Source: a virus (lineage: Duplodnaviria > Caudoviricetes). From it: a DNA stretch of 64,000 nucleotides. The translations under genes and the position numbers were made by a program. The stretch is taken from IMG/VR virus record IMGVR_UViG_3300031851_000001; one strand, written 5' to 3'. This document shows positions 1 to 8,739 of the stretch, piece by piece. The notes below the pieces were generated by a model, which saw only the letters and a list, made by a program, of their open reading frames with translations, had not been told where the DNA came from and ran no database searches. Position 1 is the stretch's first letter. Every line of letters starts with the position of its first letter.

Positions 1-222
1 TTCAAAATAATTTGCCATGTTTTCGTCTACGATAAAGCTTAGATCTAATTCTTGGTACAATAACTTATCAGGAGTATTATATAAAGTACTTAGAGGGTTT
101 GGCGTTTCCGCTGCACCAGCACTTACACCCGGAACTTGCATCCTTTGAGTAAAGAATTCTACGTTAGGTAATCGTTTGACATTGACTGTAAAACCAATAG
201 GAGATAAAAAATTAGTGTTCAT
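1..222 (-). CDS. T4 gp3-like tail completion/sheath stabilizer protein (runs off the window edge)
   Basis: Manual minus-strand translation MNTNFLSPIGFTVNVKRLPNVEFFTQRMQVPGVSAG... matches the NFLSPxGF/FFxQ/IPG pattern of marine T4-like gp3; not in ORF track. Confidence 0.65.
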   Translation of the reverse strand, partial: MNTNFLSPIGFTVNVKRLPNVEFFTQRMQVPGVSAGAAETPNPLSTLYNTPDKLLYQELDLSFIVDENMANYFE

Positions 223-331
223 TGGATCATTTTCCTGTTTACATTTGTTTAGAACTGTGGTAGTATTTATCTAAATAGGGTTTACTGATTCTAAATAAAT
301 AGTATTCCCAGCAATAACAAAGGAAGATTGC

Positions 332-379
332 ATGGATGATCCTTGCGATGATAGCACACACTGGATAGGTTATATATAA
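332..379 (+). CDS. Candidate 15-aa microprotein MDDPCDDSTHWIGYI
   Basis: SD-like AAAGGAAG at 319-326 just upstream of ATG; fills the gap before the topoisomerase gene. Confidence 0.35.
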   Translation: MDDPCDDSTHWIGYI

Positions 380-404
380 TATAGCGAAATAATGGAGCTT
401 TTGA

Positions 405-2228
405 ATGAGTAATGACTTTAGAATTTTAACAGCACGTCAACACGTTAGAGAACGTATTGGTATGTACCTTGGTTCAAGTTCTCAAGAATCGGTTGAACGT
501 TTTGTGAAAGGCGAATGGAAAACATCAAAGTATGTACCTGCGCTTTCTAAAATGATTGACGAAATACTTGATAACTCGATTGACGAGGCAATTCGTACTA
601 ACTTTAAACATGCGAATAAAATTGATGTATCTATTAATATGGATATGGTAACCGTTACTGATAACGGTCGTGGTATTCCACAAGATGAGATATACGACGA
701 AACCAGTAAGGAACAAATCCTTCGACCAGTGGCTGCTTGGACTCGAGTAAATGCCGGTACATCGTTTGATGATGAACGTGTAACAATCGGTACTAACGGT
801 GTCGGTTCAGCTGCTACCAACTTTCTTTCATCAAAGTTTACTGGTAAAACGTGGTCAAAAGGTAATCAGATTATGGTTACTTGTAAAAATGGCGGCGAAG
901 ATGTTAAAGTTACTACACGAGATAAGAATGGTTCTGGTACTGAAGTATCGTTCGTTGCAGACTTCGATTGTTTTGAAACTGATTGTCTTGCCAACTTGGA
1001 TACTATTGAATTACTCGAAGATCGTTTAATGAGTCTACAAATGGCTTTTCCTGAAATCAAGTTCTCTTTCAATAAGAAAAAGATTTCAGTATCCGATATG
1101 AAAAAGTATTCAGCATTGTTTAATCCAAATGTTGTAATTGAAAAGTCTGAAAACGTTTCATTCTTCTTTACTACATCAGAGGATGGTTTCCGAACTAACT
1201 CTTTTATTAATGGTGTGAATACTCGAATGGGTGGTACATATGTTGATTTCGTAGTGAATGGTATTGTTGACGAATTGGTAACAATGGTCAAACGTAAATA
1301 TAAAGTTGAAGTCGCAAAGAATACTATTAAAGGTGGATTAACCTTTGTACTATTCGCTCGTAATTTCGTTAATCCAAAGTTTGACTCACAAACTAAAGAA
1401 CGTCTAACAAATCCAATGACTAACGTTCGTGAGCACTTTCAAGGTGCTGATTGTAAAGACTTCCAATTCTATGCTCGTAAGATTATTAATAATCCAGATA
1501 TTATTGATCCAATCATTGAGGCTCAGTTGGCTAAAAAGATAGCAGCCGACAAACGAGCAGCCACGATGGCTCAGAAAAAACTTCAACGAGTTAAGGTTGC
1601 TAAACATATCTCAGCAAATCGAAACGATGCTACATTAAAAATCGTTGAAGGTGACTCAGCGATGGGCTTCTTGTTAAAAGTAAGAGATGCCGATAAAGTT
1701 GGTGCTTACCCTCTCCGAGGTGTGATTATGAATACGTGGGATATGAAACCTGCTGATGTACTTAAAAACAAAGAGTTGTCAGAATTGGTTAATGTTCTTG
1801 GATTAAATATCAATGATCCAAATAGTGTTGATGATATGACATATGAGAATATTGCTACACTAACTGATGCTGACCACGATGGTATTGGTCATATTAGTCC
1901 GCTGCTTATTGCTTTCTTCTATAAGTTTTGGCCACGTTTGTTAACTGAAAAACATGTAAAGATTACTCGTACACCAATTATGATTTCATCTAAAGGTGAT
2001 AAAGTCGAGTGGTTTTATAACTATGAAACAGCATCTAAGTTTAAGACTGACAATCAAGCAGGTTGGAAACATCGTTACATTAAAGGTCTCGGATCACTTA
2101 CCGAAGAAGAATATGACGTGATTATTAATAAACCACAATATGATACTGTAACAGTTGATGATGCTTCCATATTCCAAATGATGTTTGGGAAAGATAGTTC
2201 TTTACGCAAAGAATATATGTTTGCATAA
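405..2228 (+). CDS. 39: Type II DNA topoisomerase large subunit (T4 gp39+gp60 fused, GyrB/ParE-like)
   Basis: GHKL motifs EILDNSIDE, DNGRGIP, GTNGVG; TOPRIM motifs VEGDSA, PLRG, DADHDG, YIKGLGS. Confidence 0.95.
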   Translation: MSNDFRILTARQHVRERIGMYLGSSSQESVERFVKGEWKTSKYVPALSKMIDEILDNSIDEAIRTNFKHANKIDVSINMDMVTVTDNGRGIPQDEIYDETSKEQILRPVAAWTRVNAGTSFDDERVTIGTNGVGSAATNFLSSKFTGKTWSKGNQIMVTCKNGGEDVKVTTRDKNGSGTEVSFVADFDCFETDCLANLDTIELLEDRLMSLQMAFPEIKFSFNKKKISVSDMKKYSALFNPNVVIEKSENVSFFFTTSEDGFRTNSFINGVNTRMGGTYVDFVVNGIVDELVTMVKRKYKVEVAKNTIKGGLTFVLFARNFVNPKFDSQTKERLTNPMTNVREHFQGADCKDFQFYARKIINNPDIIDPIIEAQLAKKIAADKRAATMAQKKLQRVKVAKHISANRNDATLKIVEGDSAMGFLLKVRDADKVGAYPLRGVIMNTWDMKPADVLKNKELSELVNVLGLNINDPNSVDDMTYENIATLTDADHDGIGHISPLLIAFFYKFWPRLLTEKHVKITRTPIMISSKGDKVEWFYNYETASKFKTDNQAGWKHRYIKGLGSLTEEEYDVIINKPQYDTVTVDDASIFQMMFGKDSSLRKEYMFA

Positions 2229-2234
2229 TGTTTA

Positions 2235-2263
2235 TTGACATTACGTTAAAAGTGTGATAGAAT
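2235..2263 (+). promoter_or_regulatory. Sigma70-type promoter for gene 52
   Basis: TTGACA-17 nt-TAGAAT with TG just upstream of the -10. Confidence 0.7.
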
Positions 2264-2291
2264 ACTATAGAATCAAAAAGGACAATACTTT

Positions 2292-3641
2292 ATGAGTATA
2301 TTAGAATTTACTAAGGATGACGTTAATACTAATGATTATCCAATCAGCCACGTAGCTAAAAACGAATGGCTTTCATTTGCCATGTACACGGTTGAATCAC
2401 GTGCCATTCCAAATATGATTGATGGTTTAAAACCAGTTCAACGTTTTTATCTTTATAGTTCTCTATTGAATTCCAAAAGAGATTTTAAAAAGGTATCAGC
2501 AGTTGCTGGTATCATTTCAGATTATGGATATAACCACGGTGAAGCATCGGCTGCAGGTGCCGGTCAACTTATGGCAGCTACATGGAACAACAATGTTTGT
2601 TTGGTTGAAGGTAGAGGTTCTTTTGGTACTCGATTAGTACAGGAACCCGGAGCTGCACGTTATGTTTATACTCGAGTTCATAATAACTTTGAAAAATACG
2701 TTAAAGATATGGATCTATCACCAGTACACGATGATCCTGAGCATGAGCCTCCTTCATACTATCTACCAGTAATCCCTCTAGTATTGGCTAACGGAACTAA
2801 GGGTATTGCTACTGGATTTGCTACCAACATCCTTCCACGGTCCCCTAATGATCTCTCTCGTGCAGTTCGTGAATATTTGCTGAACGGTAATATAGCGAAC
2901 AGGCTTCCAGTGTCATTCCCTGAATTTGGTGGTTCTGTCACGTATGATATTGAAAACAAACGCTTTATTGTGAATGGCACCTTTGTACGTAACAGTAAGA
3001 CAGTACTAACCATTACTGAAGTACCATATGGGTATGATCGTGAGTCATACGTTAAAGTATTGAATAGATTGGAAGATGACAACGATATCGTCTCTTATGA
3101 GGACAAATGCGATAAGCAAGGTTTTAAGTTTGAAATCAAGTTAAAACTGGCTTCAGCAAATGCTTGGACAGATGAACGTATTATTCGTAAGTTTAAACTG
3201 ACTAAACCGTTATCTGAAAACCTTACGGTAATTGATGAGAATGGTAGACTACGTGAGTACGAAGATGAACGTGATTTAATTAAAGACTTTTGTGAATTCC
3301 GTATTGGTGTATTACAAAAGAGAATTGAATTGCGATTGGTTGAAGCTGCCGAGGAAATTCGTTGGTTAAAAATTAAAATGCAGTTTATTCAAGCTGTTCT
3401 TGATGATAAGATTAAGTTTAAAAACCAAAAGAAAAAAGCTGTTGGCGTACAAATCCTAGCTAACACTGAAGCAACTGATGCCGATGTAGACCGGCTGCTT
3501 CGTATTAACATTATGAGTTTGACTGACGAGATGGTCAAAGAACTTGCTAAAGAAATCGCAAAGGCTGAAAAGGATGTTCGTTACTGGACAAATACAACGC
3601 CAAAGAAACAGTTTATTTTAGATTTAGAAGGAATTGAGTAA
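2292..3641 (+). CDS. 52: Type II DNA topoisomerase medium subunit (T4 gp52, GyrA/ParC-like)
   Basis: RAIPNMIDGLKPVQR, YNHGEAS, GSFGTR, AARY catalytic Tyr. Confidence 0.95.
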   Translation: MSILEFTKDDVNTNDYPISHVAKNEWLSFAMYTVESRAIPNMIDGLKPVQRFYLYSSLLNSKRDFKKVSAVAGIISDYGYNHGEASAAGAGQLMAATWNNNVCLVEGRGSFGTRLVQEPGAARYVYTRVHNNFEKYVKDMDLSPVHDDPEHEPPSYYLPVIPLVLANGTKGIATGFATNILPRSPNDLSRAVREYLLNGNIANRLPVSFPEFGGSVTYDIENKRFIVNGTFVRNSKTVLTITEVPYGYDRESYVKVLNRLEDDNDIVSYEDKCDKQGFKFEIKLKLASANAWTDERIIRKFKLTKPLSENLTVIDENGRLREYEDERDLIKDFCEFRIGVLQKRIELRLVEAAEEIRWLKIKMQFIQAVLDDKIKFKNQKKKAVGVQILANTEATDADVDRLLRINIMSLTDEMVKELAKEIAKAEKDVRYWTNTTPKKQFILDLEGIE

Positions 3642-3825
3642 TATGTTTAATATGTTTAAAAAACCACTTGCCGAAGAACCCATGGAAATGGATATGGACT
3701 TTGTAACTGGTTTAACACAAAACCCAGTTCAACCTGAGTTAACATTAGAAGAATCATTTGACCTTGTCTTAGACAGATTAGATTCTATTGAGTCAAAACT
3801 TGACATACTGATTGAAAAGAACTAA
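3634..3825 (+). CDS. Hypothetical protein
   Basis: 63-aa ORF with overlapping junctions to both neighbours. Confidence 0.55.
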   Translation: MSNMFNMFKKPLAEEPMEMDMDFVTGLTQNPVQPELTLEESFDLVLDRLDSIESKLDILIEKN

Positions 3826-4244
3826 TGTATTACTCAACCTACGGTAAACCAAAAAAAGTATCAAATCCTTTAATGGATAAGATGGTAGTATTTGCAGCCG
3901 ACTTTTTAGAGATTGATGAAACAATTGAGATTGACTTTGAGGACGACTTTGACGAAGAGTGTGGTTACTGTAATTACAATGAGGAAGGTATTACCATAGG
4001 TATTAAACCAACATTAAGTAGAACTGAAATATGTAAAACTCTATTCCACGAAATGGTACATGCCAAACAATATATTAAAGGCGAACTTATTTCTGGCGTA
4101 GGAAAGAAACCGTCGCGTTGGTTTGGTAAACCAATTAAAGGAGATAACTATTGGGATTTACCGTGGGAACGTGAAGCATATGAAACTGAAGCTGCCATGT
4201 GGGCAATTTTTTCAACTGAAATACTAAAGAAAAGACTTAGATGA
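3825..4244 (+). CDS. HExxH zinc metallopeptidase-like protein
   Basis: FHEMVHAKQY and downstream PWEREA third-ligand motif. Confidence 0.65.
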   Translation: MYYSTYGKPKKVSNPLMDKMVVFAADFLEIDETIEIDFEDDFDEECGYCNYNEEGITIGIKPTLSRTEICKTLFHEMVHAKQYIKGELISGVGKKPSRWFGKPIKGDNYWDLPWEREAYETEAAMWAIFSTEILKKRLR

Positions 4245-4624
4245 TTATTGACGTATACATTTCTGAAGACTCTGCTCTAAATGATCTTGCAGCTCGGTTC
4301 GTTAAATGGATATGCAAAGAGTATGGAATATTACCAAGAAAAGTTTCTGTTGAGGCACATGATTTAGTTGGAAACAATGGTATGTGCTTTGACGAGCCTG
4401 ATGGTAAGTTTACTATATTAGTAAAAGACAATAGAGATCTTGGTCATATGTTTACAACGATTGCTCACGAAATGATCCATGTCAAACAATATATGACTCA
4501 AAACCTTGGACGTTTACTAGACGAAAACGTTGATATGCCATATGCAGATCGTTGGTGGGAAGAAGAAGCTTTTTCAAATGCAATTCCGTTAGTGACAAGA
4601 TTTACTAATTTAATTGCACTTTAA
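4241..4624 (+). CDS. HExxH zinc metallopeptidase-like protein (paralog of upstream gene)
   Basis: AHEMIHVKQY and WWEEEA. Confidence 0.65.
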   Translation: MIIDVYISEDSALNDLAARFVKWICKEYGILPRKVSVEAHDLVGNNGMCFDEPDGKFTILVKDNRDLGHMFTTIAHEMIHVKQYMTQNLGRLLDENVDMPYADRWWEEEAFSNAIPLVTRFTNLIAL

Positions 4625-4680
4625 CTATTGACATTTGATATAGAATCAGTTATATTAGAATCAACAAATAAAGGAATTAC
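4621..4680 (+). promoter_or_regulatory. Repeated early promoter cassette, copy 1
   Basis: TTAACTATTGACA-17-TATATT, spacer ending TAGAATCAGT, then AGAATCAACAAATAAAGGAA with SD. Confidence 0.8.
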
Positions 4681-4682
4681 AC

Positions 4683-4847
4683 ATGTTTTTTGCAACGATA
4701 ATTATAGGGTCAACTCTTGGAATGTTAATTGGAGCACAATTCATTAGTGATACTAAAACTCCTGAAGGAGAACTTGGTATGCTTGCTTGGGCCCTAGTTG
4801 GTGTTATCGCAGGTTGTTTAGGTGCAGCTTTTTTAGGATTTGTGTAA
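4683..4847 (+). CDS. Small two-TM membrane protein (54 aa)
   Basis: Manual translation MFFATIIIGSTLGMLIGAQF...MLAWALVGVIAGCLGAAFLGFV; SD AAAGGA. Confidence 0.55.
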   Translation: MFFATIIIGSTLGMLIGAQFISDTKTPEGELGMLAWALVGVIAGCLGAAFLGFV

Positions 4848-4848
4848 A

Positions 4849-4915
4849 TTAACTGTTGACATTCTTTATAGAATCAGTTATATTAATTAAATAAACAAAC
4901 AGAAAGAGAATCAAT
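4849..4915 (+). promoter_or_regulatory. Repeated early promoter cassette, copy 2
   Basis: TTAACTGTTGACA-17-TATATT with TAGAATCAGT in the spacer. Confidence 0.8.
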
Positions 4916-5146
4916 ATGGCTTCAATTAATCTAACATTCTTCGAGCAAACTGCAAGACAAAGACGTATCGCTGCATTTGGTCGTAAGATGATGAGTTTTT
5001 CGGAAGATGGATTGAATATGAATGTACCTTTAGAAATTCTAAATGCTTTCTCACGTATCGGTGAGGAAATGGCTGAAACAGGCTCAATGAAAAATCTACT
5101 ACCTGTAGATATTCAAGTTATTAAGTATGCACGGAAGGTTTTATAA
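4916..5146 (+). CDS. Hypothetical early protein
   Basis: ORF directly downstream of promoter copy 2. Confidence 0.6.
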   Translation: MASINLTFFEQTARQRRIAAFGRKMMSFSEDGLNMNVPLEILNAFSRIGEEMAETGSMKNLLPVDIQVIKYARKVL

Positions 5147-5382
5147 TGAATATTGATTACTCACCATCTTTTGAAGATATGCTAATCTCTGATATTAGAG
5201 ACTGGGGTATAGATAACATTGAGGATAGCTTCTCTATGTCGTTAACTGATTTAACAGATAAATATTGGGATAACAAAACTTCCGTTTGGGAAGGTAATGA
5301 ACTTGACCTTATTTTAGAAGCTGAAGGGTCAGAACCAATCGTTGATTTAGAAACTACATATGGAGAACAACCTTATGAATAA
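5146..5382 (+). CDS. Hypothetical acidic protein
   Basis: TAATG coupling to upstream ORF. Confidence 0.55.
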   Translation: MNIDYSPSFEDMLISDIRDWGIDNIEDSFSMSLTDLTDKYWDNKTSVWEGNELDLILEAEGSEPIVDLETTYGEQPYE

Positions 5383-5866
5383 TAGTTTAAAGAATACTAG
5401 TGCGGCAATTGCTTCACTAGTTCTAGTGACCGCACTGGCGGCGCCTACCATATCTATGGCTGAACAACCAAGCAAAGTGCGAGTTGTTGATTACAATAAG
5501 ACCATAGTAACATCAGTACCAAGTACACAAGAGGTCTGTGAAAACGTTAAAGTACCTATCTACTCATCTGTGACTACACAAGGTGATGCAGGTGGTGGCG
5601 CCTTACTCGGTATGATCCTCGGAGGTATCCTTGGCAAAGGGGTAACCGGAGATGATGGAGGGGCAGCCGCCGGTGCGGTCTTAGGAGGAGTTATTGGCGC
5701 GAATGAAGGTCAAACTCGAACAGAGCAACGCATTGTTGGATATGAAACCGAACGTCAATGTGGAACGCGCACTACATATGTTAACAAAGAACGCGAAGTA
5801 TATAGTCATTCTATTATTCACTTCCGATCTGGTGGACAAGAATACGCTCTAAGGTTTCAACGTTAA
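5360..5866 (+). CDS. Exported glycine-zipper 2TM protein
   Basis: Signal-peptide-like N-terminus; GALLGMILGGILG...GAAAGAVLGGVIG glycine zipper. Confidence 0.7.
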   Translation: MENNLMNNSLKNTSAAIASLVLVTALAAPTISMAEQPSKVRVVDYNKTIVTSVPSTQEVCENVKVPIYSSVTTQGDAGGGALLGMILGGILGKGVTGDDGGAAAGAVLGGVIGANEGQTRTEQRIVGYETERQCGTRTTYVNKEREVYSHSIIHFRSGGQEYALRFQR

Positions 5867-5961
5867 TGGAAATATTAATCTATAACATTATCTTTTGGAC
5901 AATATATATTACAGTAGGATCAATTCCTTACATGATAATACAAAAGGAAATAGACAAATAA

Positions 5962-6129
5962 ATGCCATACATATTACTTCGCAACAAGAGTGTGGTTCAG
6001 CATATTATAATGGTTGGACCAACAAACGATAACTTTAGAGAGTCAAAAGTAGTTGACTTAAAGTTTGAAACATTAGAGGCAGCCAATGAGGTTGCTGAAG
6101 TTTTGAAAGCTAAAGTAAAAGCAGCATAG
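5962..6129 (+). CDS. Small hypothetical protein (55 aa)
   Basis: Manual translation MPYILLRNKSVVQHIIMVGP...KAKVKAA; its TAG stop shares the first G of tRNA-Arg. Confidence 0.45.
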   Translation: MPYILLRNKSVVQHIIMVGPTNDNFRESKVVDLKFETLEAANEVAEVLKAKVKAA

Positions 6130-6206
6130 GTTCCTTAGCTCAGCCGGATTAGAGCAAGTGCCTTCTAAGCACTAGGTCGTAGGTTCGAGTCCTACAGGAA
6201 TCACCA
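6129..6206 (+). tRNA. tRNA-Arg(UCU)
   Basis: GGTTCCT/AGGAATC acceptor, AGTGC-CT TCT AA-GCACT anticodon arm, GTTCGAGTC T-loop, encoded CCA. Confidence 0.95.
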
Positions 6207-6215
6207 AATCAATAA

Positions 6216-6290
6216 TGGAACGTAGCATAATGGTAATGCATCGCTTTTTGGTAGCGCAGAGTATAGGTTCGAGTCCTATCGTTCCAGCCA
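6216..6290 (+). tRNA. tRNA-Gln(UUG)
   Basis: TGGAACG/CGTTCCA acceptor, anticodon loop TT TTG GT, GTTCGAGTC, encoded CCA. Confidence 0.9.
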
Positions 6291-6306
6291 AATAATAGGA
6301 AACAAA

Positions 6307-6489
6307 ATGTGGGTATTAGTCTTTATATATTTTTATGACTCAACACCATACGTAGAAACATATGACGTATATACTTCAATGACTGAATGCTTTAGAGGTA
6401 GAGAAGCATTGGCTGATGAAGTTGGAAAAGGCGCTGGGTATTTTAAACCCGGACAACAAGCAGTTTGCATAAACCTTCAGTCTACATAG
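6307..6489 (+). CDS. Hypothetical protein between tRNA genes
   Basis: 60-aa ORF with SD AGGAAA and two Cys. Confidence 0.55.
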   Translation: MWVLVFIYFYDSTPYVETYDVYTSMTECFRGREALADEVGKGAGYFKPGQQAVCINLQST

Positions 6490-6498
6490 AGACTGTTA

Positions 6499-6575
6499 GC
6501 CCGCGTGATGGAATTGGTATACATATTTGACTTAAAATCAAAGTTTTGCCGGTTCGAGTCCGGCCGCGGGTACCA
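6499..6575 (+). tRNA. tRNA-Leu(UAA) with short variable arm
   Basis: GCCCGCG/CGCGGGT acceptor, TTTGA-CT TAA AA-TCAAA, Leu-type D-arm, A73, encoded CCA. Confidence 0.9.
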
Positions 6576-7086
6576 ATACAGGAGAACGACGAATGCCAAT
6601 TAAATTTGATACTGGGTACTGTTTAATAGAAACGGCGTCGTCTTGATTCCCTCCGAGCACGGAATAATGTGGTTGGCCATTCACAATCTTGGTACTTACA
6701 TAGAATCCGACATGCCCTTGCCACCCACTATTCCCACGTGTAAAAATGACTACATCGCCTTGCTGAGGTTTATTAACTGGGTTTCCCCACTCTAAAAACG
6801 AACGAGCCATTAACGGATATTGGCTTACTTCAGAAGAAGTAGGGTGTCCGTTTTGCTCTAAAATCATATTGACAAACGCTGCACACCACTCAGTTGTTAC
6901 AGGATCTACACCAAGTAATTGGTAAATAATATTACGATCTTTTACTTCTTCGAGTTTATGGTATGCAAAGGCTTTGTGAGTTAATGTATGTTTAGTAGGG
7001 ATGTGTACGTGTTGTATAGGAACATTCTCACCTACACATCCTGACAAAAATAATAGTGTCGTAATTATAATAAATACATTTTTCAT
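6538..7086 (-). CDS. NlpC/P60-CHAP-like (TIGR02594-type) peptidoglycan amidase, probable lipoprotein
   Basis: Lipobox LSGC; catalytic WCAAFV and GHVGF; VLGGNQ. Confidence 0.75.
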   Translation of the reverse strand: MKNVFIIITTLLFLSGCVGENVPIQHVHIPTKHTLTHKAFAYHKLEEVKDRNIIYQLLGVDPVTTEWCAAFVNMILEQNGHPTSSEVSQYPLMARSFLEWGNPVNKPQQGDVVIFTRGNSGWQGHVGFYVSTKIVNGQPHYSVLGGNQDDAVSIKQYPVSNLIGIRRSPVLVPAAGLEPAKL

Positions 7087-7101
7087 ACAAGGTTATTTAT
7101 A

Positions 7102-7956
7102 ATGAAAGTTTTAGTTACAGGCGCAACGGGTTATATCGGATCACATGTTTGTTACAAACTGAAACAAAATGGACACTATGTTGAAGGCTGGGATATTAAT
7201 TTCCATGGTGAGTATAACGACGTATCTTTTATTGACTTGTTTGAAAAGGTAGACATTACAAACATAATGTATAATGAACAAAAGTTTGATGCCGTTGTTC
7301 ATCTTGCTGGTAGAAGTATAGTACCACAAAGTCTTAAAGAGCCATCTGAATATTATAGAGTAAATGCAATGGGTACTGACCATTTACTTAAAAAAGTTAA
7401 AACACCAAACTTTATATTCGCCAGTACTAGCTCGGCATTTGAAATGGCATCGCCATATGCTCGTAGCAAAGTAGCAGCTGAGGATATAATTAAGGAGAAA
7501 GCCAATGGGCACACTATTTTTCGCTTTTATAATGTTTCTGGCACTAATGGGACATTACGGCAGCTCGGTGTTCCAAGTCATCTTATTCGCGTGGCTAGTT
7601 TGGTTGCTCACGGACAATTACCCGATATTAAAATCTTTGGCACAGACTACCCTACTCGTGATGGGACTTGCATACGTGATTATATACATGTTAGTGATCT
7701 TTGTAGCGCTATCGTAAAAGCAGTAGAAACCGGTCCAACAAATACACCATATGAATGCCTTGGTTCTGCGCAAGGGTATTCGGTATTAGATGTAATTGAT
7801 TCAATGGAAAGAGTTACTGGTAAAAAACTTAAAAAGGTTTTAACAGATAGAAGAGCAGGTGATGCAACTTCATGTATTGTTGATAATTTATCGGAATTGT
7901 GTGAGCTTACTAAAACACTTGATGATATGTGCCTAGACCAATATAATCTAGCTTAG
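7102..7956 (+). CDS. galE: NAD-dependent epimerase, UDP-glucose 4-epimerase-like
   Basis: TGATGYIGSH, YARSK (YxxxK), RDGTCIRDYIHV. Confidence 0.85.
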   Translation: MKVLVTGATGYIGSHVCYKLKQNGHYVEGWDINFHGEYNDVSFIDLFEKVDITNIMYNEQKFDAVVHLAGRSIVPQSLKEPSEYYRVNAMGTDHLLKKVKTPNFIFASTSSAFEMASPYARSKVAAEDIIKEKANGHTIFRFYNVSGTNGTLRQLGVPSHLIRVASLVAHGQLPDIKIFGTDYPTRDGTCIRDYIHVSDLCSAIVKAVETGPTNTPYECLGSAQGYSVLDVIDSMERVTGKKLKKVLTDRRAGDATSCIVDNLSELCELTKTLDDMCLDQYNLA

Positions 7957-7985
7957 TGTACGACTCCCAATGGGAGCCATACTTT

Positions 7986-8270
7986 TTAAACAGCGAAGCT
8001 TTCGCCACAACCACATGATGCAGTTGCGTTAGGGTTTACCACCTTCAAATAAGATCCGCCAAGTTCCTCGATGTAATCAACTGTACATCCAAAAACAAAC
8101 ATTTCTGCCATTGGGTCAAGCCATAAGTTATCAACGGTCGCTTCCTTATCGGTAACTCCCCACTCATACTGAAATCCAGAACAGCCACCACCTTTTACAT
8201 TAAGTGATACATTTGGCTTACCGACTTTCTTTAAATAGTCTTTTGCTCTATCAGTGACATTTAAAATCAT
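7986..8270 (-). CDS. iscA: A-type Fe-S carrier (IscA/HesB/ErpA family)
   Basis: GGGCSGFQY and C-terminal CGCGESF. Confidence 0.9.
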   Translation of the reverse strand: MILNVTDRAKDYLKKVGKPNVSLNVKGGGCSGFQYEWGVTDKEATVDNLWLDPMAEMFVFGCTVDYIEELGGSYLKVVNPNATASCGCGESFAV

Positions 8271-8425
8271 TCAGATTTCCACATAGTCCAAGCACCCCAA
8301 GCAATCGCAACGCCTGCTGCAATTTTAGCCAATGGTGCCATAAATAAAATCATAAGACCAAGCGCAATACACACTCCGCCGTCCCATGTGGTTCTTTCTT
8401 TTAGTCTGTTTTTAATCCAGCTCAT
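8267..8425 (-). CDS. Small membrane protein (52 aa)
   Basis: Manual translation MSWIKNRLKERTTWDGGVCIALGLMILFMAPLAKIAAGVAIAWGAWTMWKSE; overlapping junctions both sides. Confidence 0.65.
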   Translation of the reverse strand: MSWIKNRLKERTTWDGGVCIALGLMILFMAPLAKIAAGVAIAWGAWTMWKSE

Positions 8426-8739
8426 TTTTTTGTTCCCTTCTGTCTAATAATCTTAGTATTAGATTTGGTTTCTAAGTGTTTTAGACGCATTTCCATATCG
8501 TCAATCTTTTGAGTGATTTTTGGATACTTTTTACGCCAAGCATTTTCCGGCTGCTCTAACCATGTCCAACCCCAACGTTCAACCAAGAAATCCATTCCTC
8601 TATCAAATCGAGCGTATAACCATAAAGCCATTCGCGTGGTGCTGAACCATGTCGAAAACGCGAGTCCAATAATAGACCCGCCTATCGCAGTATAGATCCA
8701 TAAACGATCTCCTGCCATATTAGATAACATTTCCCACAT
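8422..8739 (-). CDS. Hypothetical membrane-anchored protein
   Basis: N-terminal TM segment; coupled to neighbours. Confidence 0.6.
   Translation of the reverse strand: MWEMLSNMAGDRLWIYTAIGGSIIGLAFSTWFSTTRMALWLYARFDRGMDFLVERWGWTWLEQPENAWRKKYPKITQKIDDMEMRLKHLETKSNTKIIRQKGTKK

Noticed and set aside
7505-7717. Hydrophobic 70-aa ORF inside galE
   Set aside because: Fully nested in another frame of a well-supported gene with no clear RBS
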